Source: Dehalococcoidia bacterium
GTDB lineage: Bacteria > Chloroflexota > Dehalococcoidia > Lucifugimonadales > UBA3495
DNA: 64,000 nucleotides
Direction: 5' to 3'
Assembly: GCA_965205495.1 (NCBI GenBank)
Contig: CBDBHA010000002.1
Span: 1,452,738 to 1,516,737, forward strand
Position numbers and translations under genes: made by a program. Of this stretch, positions 10,072-18,071 are shown piece after piece (within the stretch, counting starts at the first letter, position 1; each line of letters begins with the position of its first letter). A model generated the notes under the pieces. That model did no database searches and had not been told where the DNA came from. It was given only the letters and a program-made list of their open reading frames with translations.

Positions 10072-10296
10072 ATGGCCAGGAAGACCAAACTAATGATGCG
10101 GGTAGAGAACGAACACCAGCGGCCTTTGGAGCGGCTATTGCCGGAAATGGTTAACGAGCGGGGACTTTCGGAAACTGCCGACGAACTAGGCGTCAGCAAG
10201 GCGACGCTGGGGTACTGGCTGTTGAAGCTGGGTATTAGTGTACGGCGGGTCGCATTGGCCCCCGGAGAGACCCTGGAGGTCAAGCGGGCCAGCTAA
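10072..10296 (+). CDS. Small helix-turn-helix DNA-binding protein (74 aa)
   Basis: GGAGG lies 8 nt before the ATG. The HTH-like segment is LSETADELGVSKATLGYWLLKLGI. It is flanked by a strong promoter and a terminator. Confidence 0.7.
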   Translation: MARKTKLMMRVENEHQRPLERLLPEMVNERGLSETADELGVSKATLGYWLLKLGISVRRVALAPGETLEVKRAS

Positions 10297-10412
10297 AGTA
10301 CACTTTTCCCGATGAAGGGCTTTGGGTTGATGGGGTAGGATGGTGCGGTCAGGGACCCGAGGGTTCCGGCCAAGTAAAGCGAAGCCAAGTCGGCGAATCA
10401 GAGGTGGACAAC

Positions 10413-10445
10413 AAAAAAGAAGGCGGACAAGCCGCCTTCTTTTTT
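10413..10445. terminator. Bidirectional intrinsic terminator
   Basis: A6-AGAAGGCGG-acaag-CCGCCTTCT-T6. A perfect 9-bp GC-rich stem is flanked by an A-run and a T-run, between the convergent genes 10072..10296(+) and 10505..11614(-). Confidence 0.85.
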
Positions 10446-10504
10446 GTGTCTCTAAAATTGGCGGAAAGAGGGGTGGGGAGGGGTTCGGGCCACTGGAGGA
10501 CCCT

Positions 10505-11614
10505 TTAGCCCTGAAAAATGTCCTCTGGCAAAAATGCGGACACGGTTACGTTGGGCAGGTCGACGGCGTTACTGATTCTCAGGTCGACGGCGACGCTACA
10601 AATGATGTAGGCCTGTTCCCGGGACCAACCCCGTTCTTGGAGCAAGTCAATCATGTTGAGGAGGGCATTGCGGGCGGCGAGGGTTAGGTCCTCGCCTTCC
10701 TGGGTCCCGTCGTCGCGGATAGGCATACCCATCGTGGCAATGAAATTGCGGGGGGCGGCCCATTCGGGCGGAAGGAAATAGCCCGGGTGGGAGTAGCGGG
10801 GGAATTTTATGCCCTTGGCCTGCGCCTCGCCCTTATGGACCTGGAAGCGGACCACGGCAGTGGCGCCCATCTCGATGGCGGTAATACAGCATTCGGAGTC
10901 TCCCTGAGCGAAGTGGCCGTCGCCGGCGGAATAGAGGGCTCCGTCGACGTTGACCGGAATGAAGAGGCGGGAACCCTTGGTTAACTGCTTGGCGTCGACG
11001 TTGCCGCAGTTTTCGCGGGGCGGGAGGGTGCGGAGGCCGGTCTGGGCGATGGCGCCGCCGGAGGGTATCGCGTCTTCGGGGTCGGGGGGGAATGCGGTCC
11101 CGCCGCGCCGGACCAGGTCGGCCTCGCGTTGGGTCCATTGTTCCAGTTGGGCATGGGAGGGGGCGATCCCGGCGGTGCCCATGAAAGAGCCGTCGATGAT
11201 GCGGACGCCGGGAATTTGCTGGGAGGTGGCCCAGCCGTCGTTTATATCCCAGTGGACCAGGTAGGGGTCGGGGAAATAATCGCGGAGGAAACCGGCGCCG
11301 GGGCGGTTGCGGGTCCAGCCTCGGGGCTGGGAAGTTATGTCAACGTACTCGATTTCCAAGAGGTCGCCGGGTTGGGCCCCTTTCACGTAAACCGGGCCGG
11401 TAAGGGGGTGGGCTACCTTGGAGTCAAGGCCGGGCAGGTCGGCGACAGTCATCTGGGGTTGAATCTGGCTGTCGGAGGCGTCGCGGGTTTCCAGGAGGAC
11501 CTCTTCGCCGGGATCGACCTCCAGGACGGGAGTGATGTCGGGGTGCCAGCGGTTGTGGCCGTTGACGGGTTCTTCCTTGAGGCGTTTGGTCCGGTCAATT
11601 TCGATGCTTTTCAT
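10505..11614 (-). CDS. Acetamidase/formamidase (FmdA/AmdA family)
   Basis: 369 aa. GPVYVKGAQPGDLLEIE, CGNVD and GDGHFAQGDSE segments are characteristic of the FmdA_AmdA family (recalled). Confidence 0.85.
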   Translation of the reverse strand: MKSIEIDRTKRLKEEPVNGHNRWHPDITPVLEVDPGEEVLLETRDASDSQIQPQMTVADLPGLDSKVAHPLTGPVYVKGAQPGDLLEIEYVDITSQPRGWTRNRPGAGFLRDYFPDPYLVHWDINDGWATSQQIPGVRIIDGSFMGTAGIAPSHAQLEQWTQREADLVRRGGTAFPPDPEDAIPSGGAIAQTGLRTLPPRENCGNVDAKQLTKGSRLFIPVNVDGALYSAGDGHFAQGDSECCITAIEMGATAVVRFQVHKGEAQAKGIKFPRYSHPGYFLPPEWAAPRNFIATMGMPIRDDGTQEGEDLTLAARNALLNMIDLLQERGWSREQAYIICSVAVDLRISNAVDLPNVTVSAFLPEDIFQG

Positions 11615-12240
11615 TATGGGGCTCCTTTAACTTAGGTTAGGGGCCGGAAGGACTGTCCTGGGATGGGGTCGTGGGCAGACGGCCGAGATCGGAGGAGCGG
11701 GTGAAACCCCGGCCGTCGAGGGCAGGGGACGGCCGATGGAAACGCCGGTTAGCCCATCTGAAGATTTAGGACTTGATTATCGTATTTATAAGGAAGGGAA
11801 GAAACCCAAGAACCCAGGATGCGCCTTGGGTTCGCGGTGACGTGAAATAGGGTCTTTGCCGTGAAATCTCAGAACCCTCCGAGTGAGGCAACCATACCGG
11901 TTGGAGAACTGGACAAATGCCGAGGAACGCGGGGGGCAGTTGCGCCGAGGCCGGATAGTCAATTGGTATTCCGGTTGAACTTGGCGTAGGTTTGTTTGGT
12001 CTTTTGGACTAGGGTGTTGCCGTAGGCGTCAGGCCCAACGTGGGTCGGTTCGAGGGGCGCTGGTTCCGCCCAGGCGTTCCTGGCGTAAACGACAATCAAG
12101 TCCACCTCTTCCCGTCTTTGAAATACCCGGTCCGAAGCTTGACTGGGAAGATTGGCGGACAAAAAGGGTACTGGGCGGGAGGAGGAATACCTTTATTAAG
12201 AGGGAGGCCCTGGGAGTGCCCAGGGCCCGTTGGGGCGGGG

Positions 12241-13926
12241 TTAGAGGGACCAATCGTCGGGGAGTTCGGGGGTACGCATGGGCTTAATCATGACCTCGAC
12301 CAGGGCGGCCTGGCCGTCCTGGGTGGCCTGGATGGCGCGTTGGAAGGTGGGGACCAGTTCCTGGGGTTCCGACACCCGCTCGGAGTAGGCGCCGAGGCCC
12401 TGGGCCACCTGGCTGAAGTTGCCGCCCAGTTGGGCGACGGTGGGGGGAGTGCCGCCGGGGCGGTCCATGCCCATCATGCCGCCTCCGATGCCGCCGTTGT
12501 TGATAACGACGGTAAGGGTGGGGAGGCCCATGCGGACGGCGGTTTCGATTTCCATGCCGGTCATGCCGAAAGAGGCGTCGCCAAGAAGGTGAACCACAAG
12601 CTTGTCGGGATTGGCCAGTTTGGCTCCGATGGCCGCGCCCAGAGACCAACCCATGGGGGCCATCCCGCCCATTGCGACGAAGCTGTGGGGTGTTTTGGAG
12701 AGCCAGAAGGGAGTTATGTAACCCCGGCTGCCGCCGGCATCATGGAGGGCGACGGTACGGTCGAGGTCCACGGTGCGCATGAGGTCGTAGACCACCCGGT
12801 AGCCGTTGATCGGCGTGGAGTCGTCGGTAAAGACGGGCATCCACTCACCCAGCCACTTGTCCTTGGCCCGGGCGATTTCGTCAACGATTTCCTCTTTAAT
12901 ACCGCCGGCGTTGGGGCCCAGTCGGTCGCGGACGGCGTCGATGAGGTCATGGAGAGCCAGCTTGGCATCGGCCAGGATAGGGACATCGGCCTGGTACTGC
13001 TTGTTGAGGTCTTTTTCGTCGGCGTTGACGTGGATGAGCTTAACGCCTTCAGGGATGGGGCGACCGTCGGTGCCGTTGGGGAGGCGGAAGGAATTGCCCA
13101 CGGCGAGGACGGCGTCGGCGTGGCGGTTGATTTGGATGGCCGGTCCCGAAGCATAGCGGCTCCGGGGGTAGACACCGCCACCGAGGGAGAGGGGATGGTC
13201 TTCGGGGAAGATGCTCTTGCCCAGGAGGGTGGTGGCCACCGGCATGGAGAGCAGCTCGGCCAGCTCTCGGACCTCGTCGGCGGCCCCGGCGGACATGGCG
13301 CCGCCGCCAACGTTGAGGATGGGATATTGGGCCTGGACCAGGATGTCGGCGGCGCGCTCGATGTCGCGGGGATCGGGAGCGGCTTTGCGGCCTTCCCCGA
13401 CGGGTTGGTAGTTAAACACGGCGTCATCGGCTTCGGCGTTGAGCACATCCTGGGGCATTTCAAGGACCACCGGGCCAGGGGAGCCGGAACGGAGGGCGGT
13501 GAAGGCGCGGCGGATGATGCCTGGGATTTCGTCGGGGCGGGTGAAGGTCCCCTTCCACTTAACGAGGGTATCGAAGATGCTGGAGGAGACCTCTTGCTGG
13601 TACTCCTTGCCCAGGTTTCGGAGGGGGTGTTGGCCCATTAGAAGGAGGACCGGAACGTTATCGGCGAAGCAACTAGCAATGCCGGTAAGGGTATTGGTAG
13701 CGCCGGGGCCGGTGCCGGTCATGGCCACACCGACTTGGCCGGTGGCGCGGGAATAGCCGTCGGCGACCTCGACGCCGAGCCTTTCGTGGCGGGTGGCGAA
13801 GGCCGTGATGGTGGGGGATTCCCGAAGGGCGGGCCAGAGGGGAGCGAGGCCTCCTCCGGAGAAACCGGTGATGTACCTTATCCCTTCTTGTTCCAGAGCC
13901 CGGATTACCGCATCGCCGCCACGCAT
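12241..13926 (-). CDS. ThDP-dependent enzyme, acetolactate synthase large-subunit-like (paralog 1)
   Basis: Start refined to MRGGDAV (ATG 13926, AAGGTG 5 nt upstream). Three-domain ALS/POX architecture, with the ThDP motif GDASFGMTGMEIETAV...NNGG. Confidence 0.85.
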   Translation of the reverse strand: MRGGDAVIRALEQEGIRYITGFSGGGLAPLWPALRESPTITAFATRHERLGVEVADGYSRATGQVGVAMTGTGPGATNTLTGIASCFADNVPVLLLMGQHPLRNLGKEYQQEVSSSIFDTLVKWKGTFTRPDEIPGIIRRAFTALRSGSPGPVVLEMPQDVLNAEADDAVFNYQPVGEGRKAAPDPRDIERAADILVQAQYPILNVGGGAMSAGAADEVRELAELLSMPVATTLLGKSIFPEDHPLSLGGGVYPRSRYASGPAIQINRHADAVLAVGNSFRLPNGTDGRPIPEGVKLIHVNADEKDLNKQYQADVPILADAKLALHDLIDAVRDRLGPNAGGIKEEIVDEIARAKDKWLGEWMPVFTDDSTPINGYRVVYDLMRTVDLDRTVALHDAGGSRGYITPFWLSKTPHSFVAMGGMAPMGWSLGAAIGAKLANPDKLVVHLLGDASFGMTGMEIETAVRMGLPTLTVVINNGGIGGGMMGMDRPGGTPPTVAQLGGNFSQVAQGLGAYSERVSEPQELVPTFQRAIQATQDGQAALVEVMIKPMRTPELPDDWSL

Positions 13927-14206
13927 AGCAACACCTTTATGGGCGGAAGAGGTTGAGACATTGGTCAGGAAACCCTCCGCCTGATTAGATTCCAGGGACG
14001 GGGAACTTGCTGCCAGATATGGGGAGATTCTAAAACAGGGGGCCCGGCGGGTCAATGCCGGGTTTTCCGGTTAGGCGGCTGATTGGGTTGGAAATGATGG
14101 CCCTGCTGGTCTGGTTTAGTTGAGACGGGCGTTTTTGATTGCCGGAGCCGTCTTGCGGAGAATCGGGACTTCGGGGCAGTGGAAAGGGCGCGGGTATGAA
14201 ATCTAG

Positions 14207-14265
14207 GAATTTTTAGCACTGGGACATTTTAGGACATCCTCGGACAATTGGGTTTGGGGACAAGG
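14207..14265 (+). repeat. Phased GGGAC/GGACA triplet element, copy A1
   Basis: The sequence is gaatttttagcactGGGACattttaGGACAtcctcGGACAattgg. The pentamer recurs at 10-11 bp spacing. Homologous copies are at 46825, 53064 and 53511. Confidence 0.6.
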
Positions 14266-14508
14266 GTAGGGATTTATGGCAGTGTGGAATTGAAGGGTTG
14301 CACTTCTCTAGCATGACCAACTGGCCTCGGAGTCGGCAAGAGGCGGTTGTCAGCAGGGCGGAACCTTTCGATTGTTCCTTTCGGAGTTCTTGGATTGGGC
14401 ATTGTTCTCAGGGCGGCGGGAACCGGAGGAAGCCGGGATTTTGCGACGGGGGTGGTTCGACGGGCTAACCATGAACTGGGGATTTCTGGGTTCGGGGGCA
14501 AGGGCAGG

Positions 14509-14550
14509 GATTTTTAGATTCCTCACTCCGTTCGGAATGAAATGACAGGT
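14509..14550 (+). repeat. Hairpin repeat family 2 (TTTAGA-ATTCC...GGAAT-TGACAGG)
   Basis: The sequence is gatttttagATTCCtcactccgttcGGAATgaaatgacagg. It matches copies at 15421, 47262, 18072 and 59083. Confidence 0.7.
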
Positions 14551-14579
14551 GGAAGGGCCGGAACGACGGGTGGGCGGGG

Positions 14580-14894
14580 TCAAAACGCGGGGTCCACTGG
14601 GGGGAAGGACAGGAGACTTCTCAAGAGGCGTTGGACGGCGGGGACTTCCATGTCCGCCAGGCAGCGGTTCAAGTAGCGGAAGACCGCGGTGAAGCTGGGC
14701 AAGGGGAAACCGGCCTTGACGACTTTTGGCATGAAGGCGGGGAGGGGTTTTTGTTTGATTTGAGCGCAGGTCCACTCGCCGCAAAAGGCGTGGGCCTGGC
14801 GGTCCAGGTTGACCTGGACGAGGGCCTGGGCCATTTTGCGCTCCAAGGAGCAGATTCGGGACTTTATGGAACGGATTTGGGAAGAAAGGTTCAT
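14580..14894 (-). CDS. Hypothetical 104-aa protein, paralog of 53126..53446
   Basis: It aligns by eye at about one-third identity with the 106-aa ORF at 53126..53446. The shared core is C-x-EW-x2-AQ-x3-KPLP ... F-x2-KV-x3-GF-x3-SFT-x2-F-x-YL-x2-C. Both sit in the same position relative to a conserved ~50-nt element. No family recognised. Confidence 0.55.
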   Translation of the reverse strand: MNLSSQIRSIKSRICSLERKMAQALVQVNLDRQAHAFCGEWTCAQIKQKPLPAFMPKVVKAGFPLPSFTAVFRYLNRCLADMEVPAVQRLLRSLLSFPPVDPAF

Positions 14895-14916
14895 GGTTTT
14901 GGTCCATCTCTTGGGG

Positions 14917-14975
14917 AGATTTTGTTCTGGGAAAAGGGGTGAGCCTCTTGGGGAGTGCTGGGATGCTGGGGATAG
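14917..14975 (+). repeat. Phased GGGA(C) element, degenerate copy A2
   Basis: The sequence is gagattttgttctGGGAAaaggGGTGAgcc...ctGGGATgctGGGGAtag. It lies between small ORF A and conserved element A, positionally equivalent to copy C2. Confidence 0.35.
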
Positions 14976-15030
14976 AAAATTTTTATTGGTCCAAATCGGC
15001 TCATTTTTGGGTTGGGCAGGGGTTGGGGGT

Positions 15031-15099
15031 ATGTCCAGTAATAGTTATGGTAGAGAGTCGTCACCGGAACTGGCAAGGGGGAAGTGTCAGTGATTTTTT
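15031..15099. repeat. Conserved ~50-nt element, copy A (core 15045..15093)
   Basis: The core is ttatggtagagagtcgtcaccggaactggcaagggggaagtgtcagtga. By eye it matches copy B at 47/49 and copy C at 45/49. On the minus strand it reads TTGCCA-18-TACCAT. Confidence 0.8.
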
Positions 15100-15120
15100 G
15101 TTGGGGGTTGGGAGTTCGGT

Positions 15121-15195
15121 GCGGCCGGCCTTTGGTCCTTCGACGGGGCGCAGGGCGATCCTTCGACGGAGCTGAGGACGAACGGGCTGGGTGTT
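15121..15195 (+). repeat. Hairpin repeat family 1 (CCTTCGACGGGGCTCAGGACGAACGG type), two partial units
   Basis: The sequence is ccttcgacggggcgcagggcgatccttcgacggagctgaggacgaacgggctgg. It belongs to the same family as the arrays at 52896-53052, 53704-53900 and 56913-56962. Confidence 0.7.
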
Positions 15196-15420
15196 TCGTT
15201 GGCTTGGGAGAGGTCCATTGACGGGGTTTAGGATGGCCCTTCGGGGGGCTTAGGGCGAGCGGGCGGGATGGTTTTCGGGGTTGGGTTGTCGGTGGCAAGG
15301 GTTTGGGATGGGGTTCGGGGCTTTTCGACTATTTCTTTGGGATTTTTGGAGCTCGCCGTTGTTCACGTCGCGGCGGGAACCCAAGAATGTCAGGATTTCG
15401 CAAAGGGGAGAAGGGCGAGG

Positions 15421-15455
15421 ATTTTTTGATTCCTCACCCCGTTCGGAATGACAGG
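15421..15455 (+). repeat. Hairpin repeat family 2
   Basis: The sequence is attttttgATTCCtcaccccgttcGGAATgacagg. Confidence 0.7.
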
Positions 15456-15695
15456 TTGAAGGGCCGGTATGACAAAGGAGCGACTAATACCGGGGAAACA
15501 TGTTGGGGTTCCTTTGTTTGGAAGGCGTTGGTTGGGGTGATCCAGGATAAGAGGCGGGCTATCGACGTAACTGTTCAGACTTGGGTGGATCTGCCGACTA
15601 TTCGGCCTATGGTGAAGGGGCAACCAAGCACGGAATTTCCACTGCAACCCGTTTCCATACCCGTAAACGTGAACAGTTACCTATTAACAAATTTG

Positions 15696-15724
15696 TTGCT
15701 GATACAGGGTTGATAGTGTATACT
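15696..15724 (+). promoter_or_regulatory. Candidate sigma70 promoter TTGCTG-17-TATACT
   Basis: Hexamers at 15696-15701 and 15719-15724 are separated by a 17-nt spacer. It lies about 180 nt upstream of the dppB-like GTG start. Confidence 0.45.
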
Positions 15725-15903
15725 CCCGCAAAATTCGCTACGGGCCGGATTGCGCCTTCCCGGGCGCTATCCGGGCTACGGTCAACAGCGACCATCACAC
15801 CGGCGGTTTGGGAACGATAGGAAAGACTTATTCAGGTTGCCAGCCGGTGAACTTCTTGAAATCCACGACGCATTCTTAAAAACATCCGTCTGAGGGGATT
15901 CCT

Positions 15904-16833
15904 GTGCGCAACTACATGATCCGCCGGGTGGGGCACTCCGTCTTCATCATTCTGGGATTGATGGCCCTGCTCTTCTTCGCTATCAACATCCTGGGCGACC
16001 CGGTCCAACTTCTGGTTGACGAAGACGCGTCGCAAGAGGCCATTGACGCCCTGCGGAAGAAGTTTGGCCTGGACCGGCCGTTATACGTTAGATTCGGCGA
16101 CTTTTACTGGGACCTAGCGCGGGGGGACTTTGGGAAGTCGATCCGGCACCGGATTGACGCGCGGGAGATGATTTGGGACCGGCTGCCTAACACGGCGATT
16201 TTGGCGGTGGTTGCCTGGATTTTAGGGTCCATTGGGATACCGTTAGGGATGCTGGCGGCAAGACGTCCACGGGGGATGATGGACCGGATAGTGAACGTAC
16301 TGTCCTTCGCCATCATCTCGGTACCGGAATTCTGGCTGGCATTGATGCTAATCCTGGTAGTTTCGGTTCAATTGGGCCTGCTGCCAACATCGGGGTTCAA
16401 CGGGTTAGGGCCCGCCGGGTGGAAGTTCATGATTCTGCCGGCCATTGCCCTGTGCCCCAGGGTGCTGGGCAGGAACGCTCAAATCACCCGGGCCACGATG
16501 ATTGAAGAAATCAACAAGCAGTATGTGGCGACGGCGCGAGCCAAGGGATTGGCGGAAACCACGGTGCTGTACAGTCATGTGCTGAAGAACGCGGCAATCT
16601 CCATTGTGACCCTGATGGGCGACGAGCTGGCCGGGTTCATGAACGGCTCCACGGTGGTGGAGATCATCTTCGGATGGCCGGGCATTGGGAAGCTGTTAAT
16701 TGACGCCATCAACGCGCGGGACCTGCCGGTGGTAACGGCGGCGGTGTTTGTTATCGCGTTAATGGTTATGGCAATCAACCTGACGGTCGACCTGGTGTAC
16801 ACCTGGCTGGACCCGAGGATTTCGTACAGTTAA
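15904..16833 (+). CDS. ABC peptide/nickel-type transporter permease (DppB/OppB-like)
   Basis: GTG start. It has the N-terminal IIRR-type motif (MIRRVGHSVFIILG), six hydrophobic segments, and the EAA-like region ATARAKGL. Confidence 0.85.
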   Translation: MRNYMIRRVGHSVFIILGLMALLFFAINILGDPVQLLVDEDASQEAIDALRKKFGLDRPLYVRFGDFYWDLARGDFGKSIRHRIDAREMIWDRLPNTAILAVVAWILGSIGIPLGMLAARRPRGMMDRIVNVLSFAIISVPEFWLALMLILVVSVQLGLLPTSGFNGLGPAGWKFMILPAIALCPRVLGRNAQITRATMIEEINKQYVATARAKGLAETTVLYSHVLKNAAISIVTLMGDELAGFMNGSTVVEIIFGWPGIGKLLIDAINARDLPVVTAAVFVIALMVMAINLTVDLVYTWLDPRISYS

Positions 16834-16912
16834 CGCAGCGGCCTAGACCCAGAGCGGCTTAGGAAAGAAGGCGGCGAAGAACGAGGAACGTGGGTTAAAA
16901 GGACTACCCCAA

Positions 16913-17902
16913 ATGATACAAGAAGAGACAACCACCTTAGAACAGCGACCGAATAAGGTTGTAGCCATATGGCGTCACGCGCTGGTGCAGGCGTTCTTTA
17001 GCGACACCATCACTTTGCTGTCGGCCGGCTTCCTGTTAATCATCATCCTGGCGGCGGCATTTGCGGAGGTGGTGGCCCCTTATAACCCGCAGGACCAGCA
17101 GCTTAGGCTGAGGCACTACGCTCCGCTGTCAACGGGTACGGCGGTGGACCGGACGGCGACGCCGCCGACGGAAGACAGTAGGTTCTTTCTACTGGGGACG
17201 GACCACCTGGGGCGGGATTACCTGAGCCGGTTAATCTTCGGCGGACGTATCTCCATCTCAGTGGGCGTAATGGGGGTGCTGATTTCCAGCGTCATCGGCG
17301 TTTTCCTCGGACTGATAGCAGGATACTACCGGGGTTTATTGGACGACGTAATAATGAGGACGGTGGACGTCTTCATGTCGGTGCCGACGTTATTATTAGC
17401 GTTGATGGTGTTGTTCATCCTGGGGCCCAGTTTCACCAACATCATCATCGTGTTCGCCGTAGCCAGGTGGATGCTGTATTGCCGGGTTACCCGGGGGGTA
17501 GTACTTTCGTTGAGGGAGCAAGCCTTTGTGGATGCGGCGCGGGCGATCGGGTGCAGCGACGGGCGGATCGTGGGGCGGCACATTTTGCCGAACCTGATTA
17601 CGCCATTGCTAACGCTGGCGGCGCTGGACGTTCCGCGGAACATCTTGACCGAGTCGACGTTGAGTTTCCTGGGATTTGGGATCCAGCCGCCGGAGTCTTC
17701 CTGGGGGCTGATGCTTTCGCAGGGGCGGCAATACATCGTAACGGCTTGGTGGGTGGTTGTAGTCCCCGGCATGGCAATTTTCATGACCGCGTTGTCCTTC
17801 AACCTGTTTGGGGTTTGGATGCGGGCGGTTAGCGACCCGTTGCAGCGGTGGCGTTGGTTGAAGGCAACCAAGGAATCCAAGGAAGCCGGCATCAAGATGT
17901 AA
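16913..17902 (+). CDS. ABC peptide/nickel-type transporter permease (DppC/OppC-like)
   Basis: LGTDHLGRD motif and the BPD-transporter EAA region AARAIGCS. Confidence 0.85.
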   Translation: MIQEETTTLEQRPNKVVAIWRHALVQAFFSDTITLLSAGFLLIIILAAAFAEVVAPYNPQDQQLRLRHYAPLSTGTAVDRTATPPTEDSRFFLLGTDHLGRDYLSRLIFGGRISISVGVMGVLISSVIGVFLGLIAGYYRGLLDDVIMRTVDVFMSVPTLLLALMVLFILGPSFTNIIIVFAVARWMLYCRVTRGVVLSLREQAFVDAARAIGCSDGRIVGRHILPNLITPLLTLAALDVPRNILTESTLSFLGFGIQPPESSWGLMLSQGRQYIVTAWWVVVVPGMAIFMTALSFNLFGVWMRAVSDPLQRWRWLKATKESKEAGIKM

Positions 17903-18071
17903 CGGGATTCCCACTGGACTTTAAGAGACCCCACTCCGGAAGGGTGGGGTTTTTCTTTTTGGGGGGAGGATTGTCCAGGTAGAGTCCGATTGGTGTTGGC
18001 GGGGAAGGTGGAATCCCGGTGGTAATTGTGGCGGAGGGTGGAATCCGAAGTTGGAGAATTGGTTTGGCAGG

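Noticed and set aside
12040-13641. 533-aa ORF on the + strand. Similar long antisense ORFs occur at 51200..52867(+), 41913..43700(+), 44748..45656(+), 45693..46610(+), 37612..38598(+), 18541..19740(-), 25312..26292(-), 27496..28347(-), 28717..29631(-), 54592..55740(-) and 61887..62723(-).
   Set aside because: - Each lies antisense to a gene with clear family motifs.
- Their translations are low-complexity Gly/Ala/Val/Asp- or Arg/Pro/His-rich strings.
- This is typical of open antisense frames in high-GC DNA.
- None has an RBS or a recognisable domain.
15061-15099. Possible hairpin-terminator inside the conserved 50-nt element (ACTGGCA-aggggggaag-TGTCAGT followed by T-run).
   Set aside because: - A 7-bp stem is possible in copies A and B.
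- Copy C has a C-to-G change (AGTGGCA) with no compensating change, giving a G-G mismatch.
- It also has only TTT followed by G-run.
- With no covariation support, it is kept only as an alternative reading.
15303-15713. 136-aa + strand ORF inside island A. Other repeat-derived ORFs include 53642..53947(-), 52864..53238(+), 53010..53330(-), 14350..14907(-) and 46568..46951(-).
   Set aside because: - Their translations are read-through of hairpin repeats (IPHPVRNDR, FVLSPVEGP/LVLSMSKY-type strings).
- They overlap the better-supported small ORFs, or have no RBS or conservation between islands.
14056-15903. CRISPR array or tandem-repeat locus in the repeat-rich islands (also 46527-47437 and 52853-54105).
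   Set aside because: - The repeats belong to several different families.
- They have irregular spacing and no constant-length spacers.
- No cas genes lie in the window.
- The pattern fits REP/MITE-like elements rather than CRISPR.
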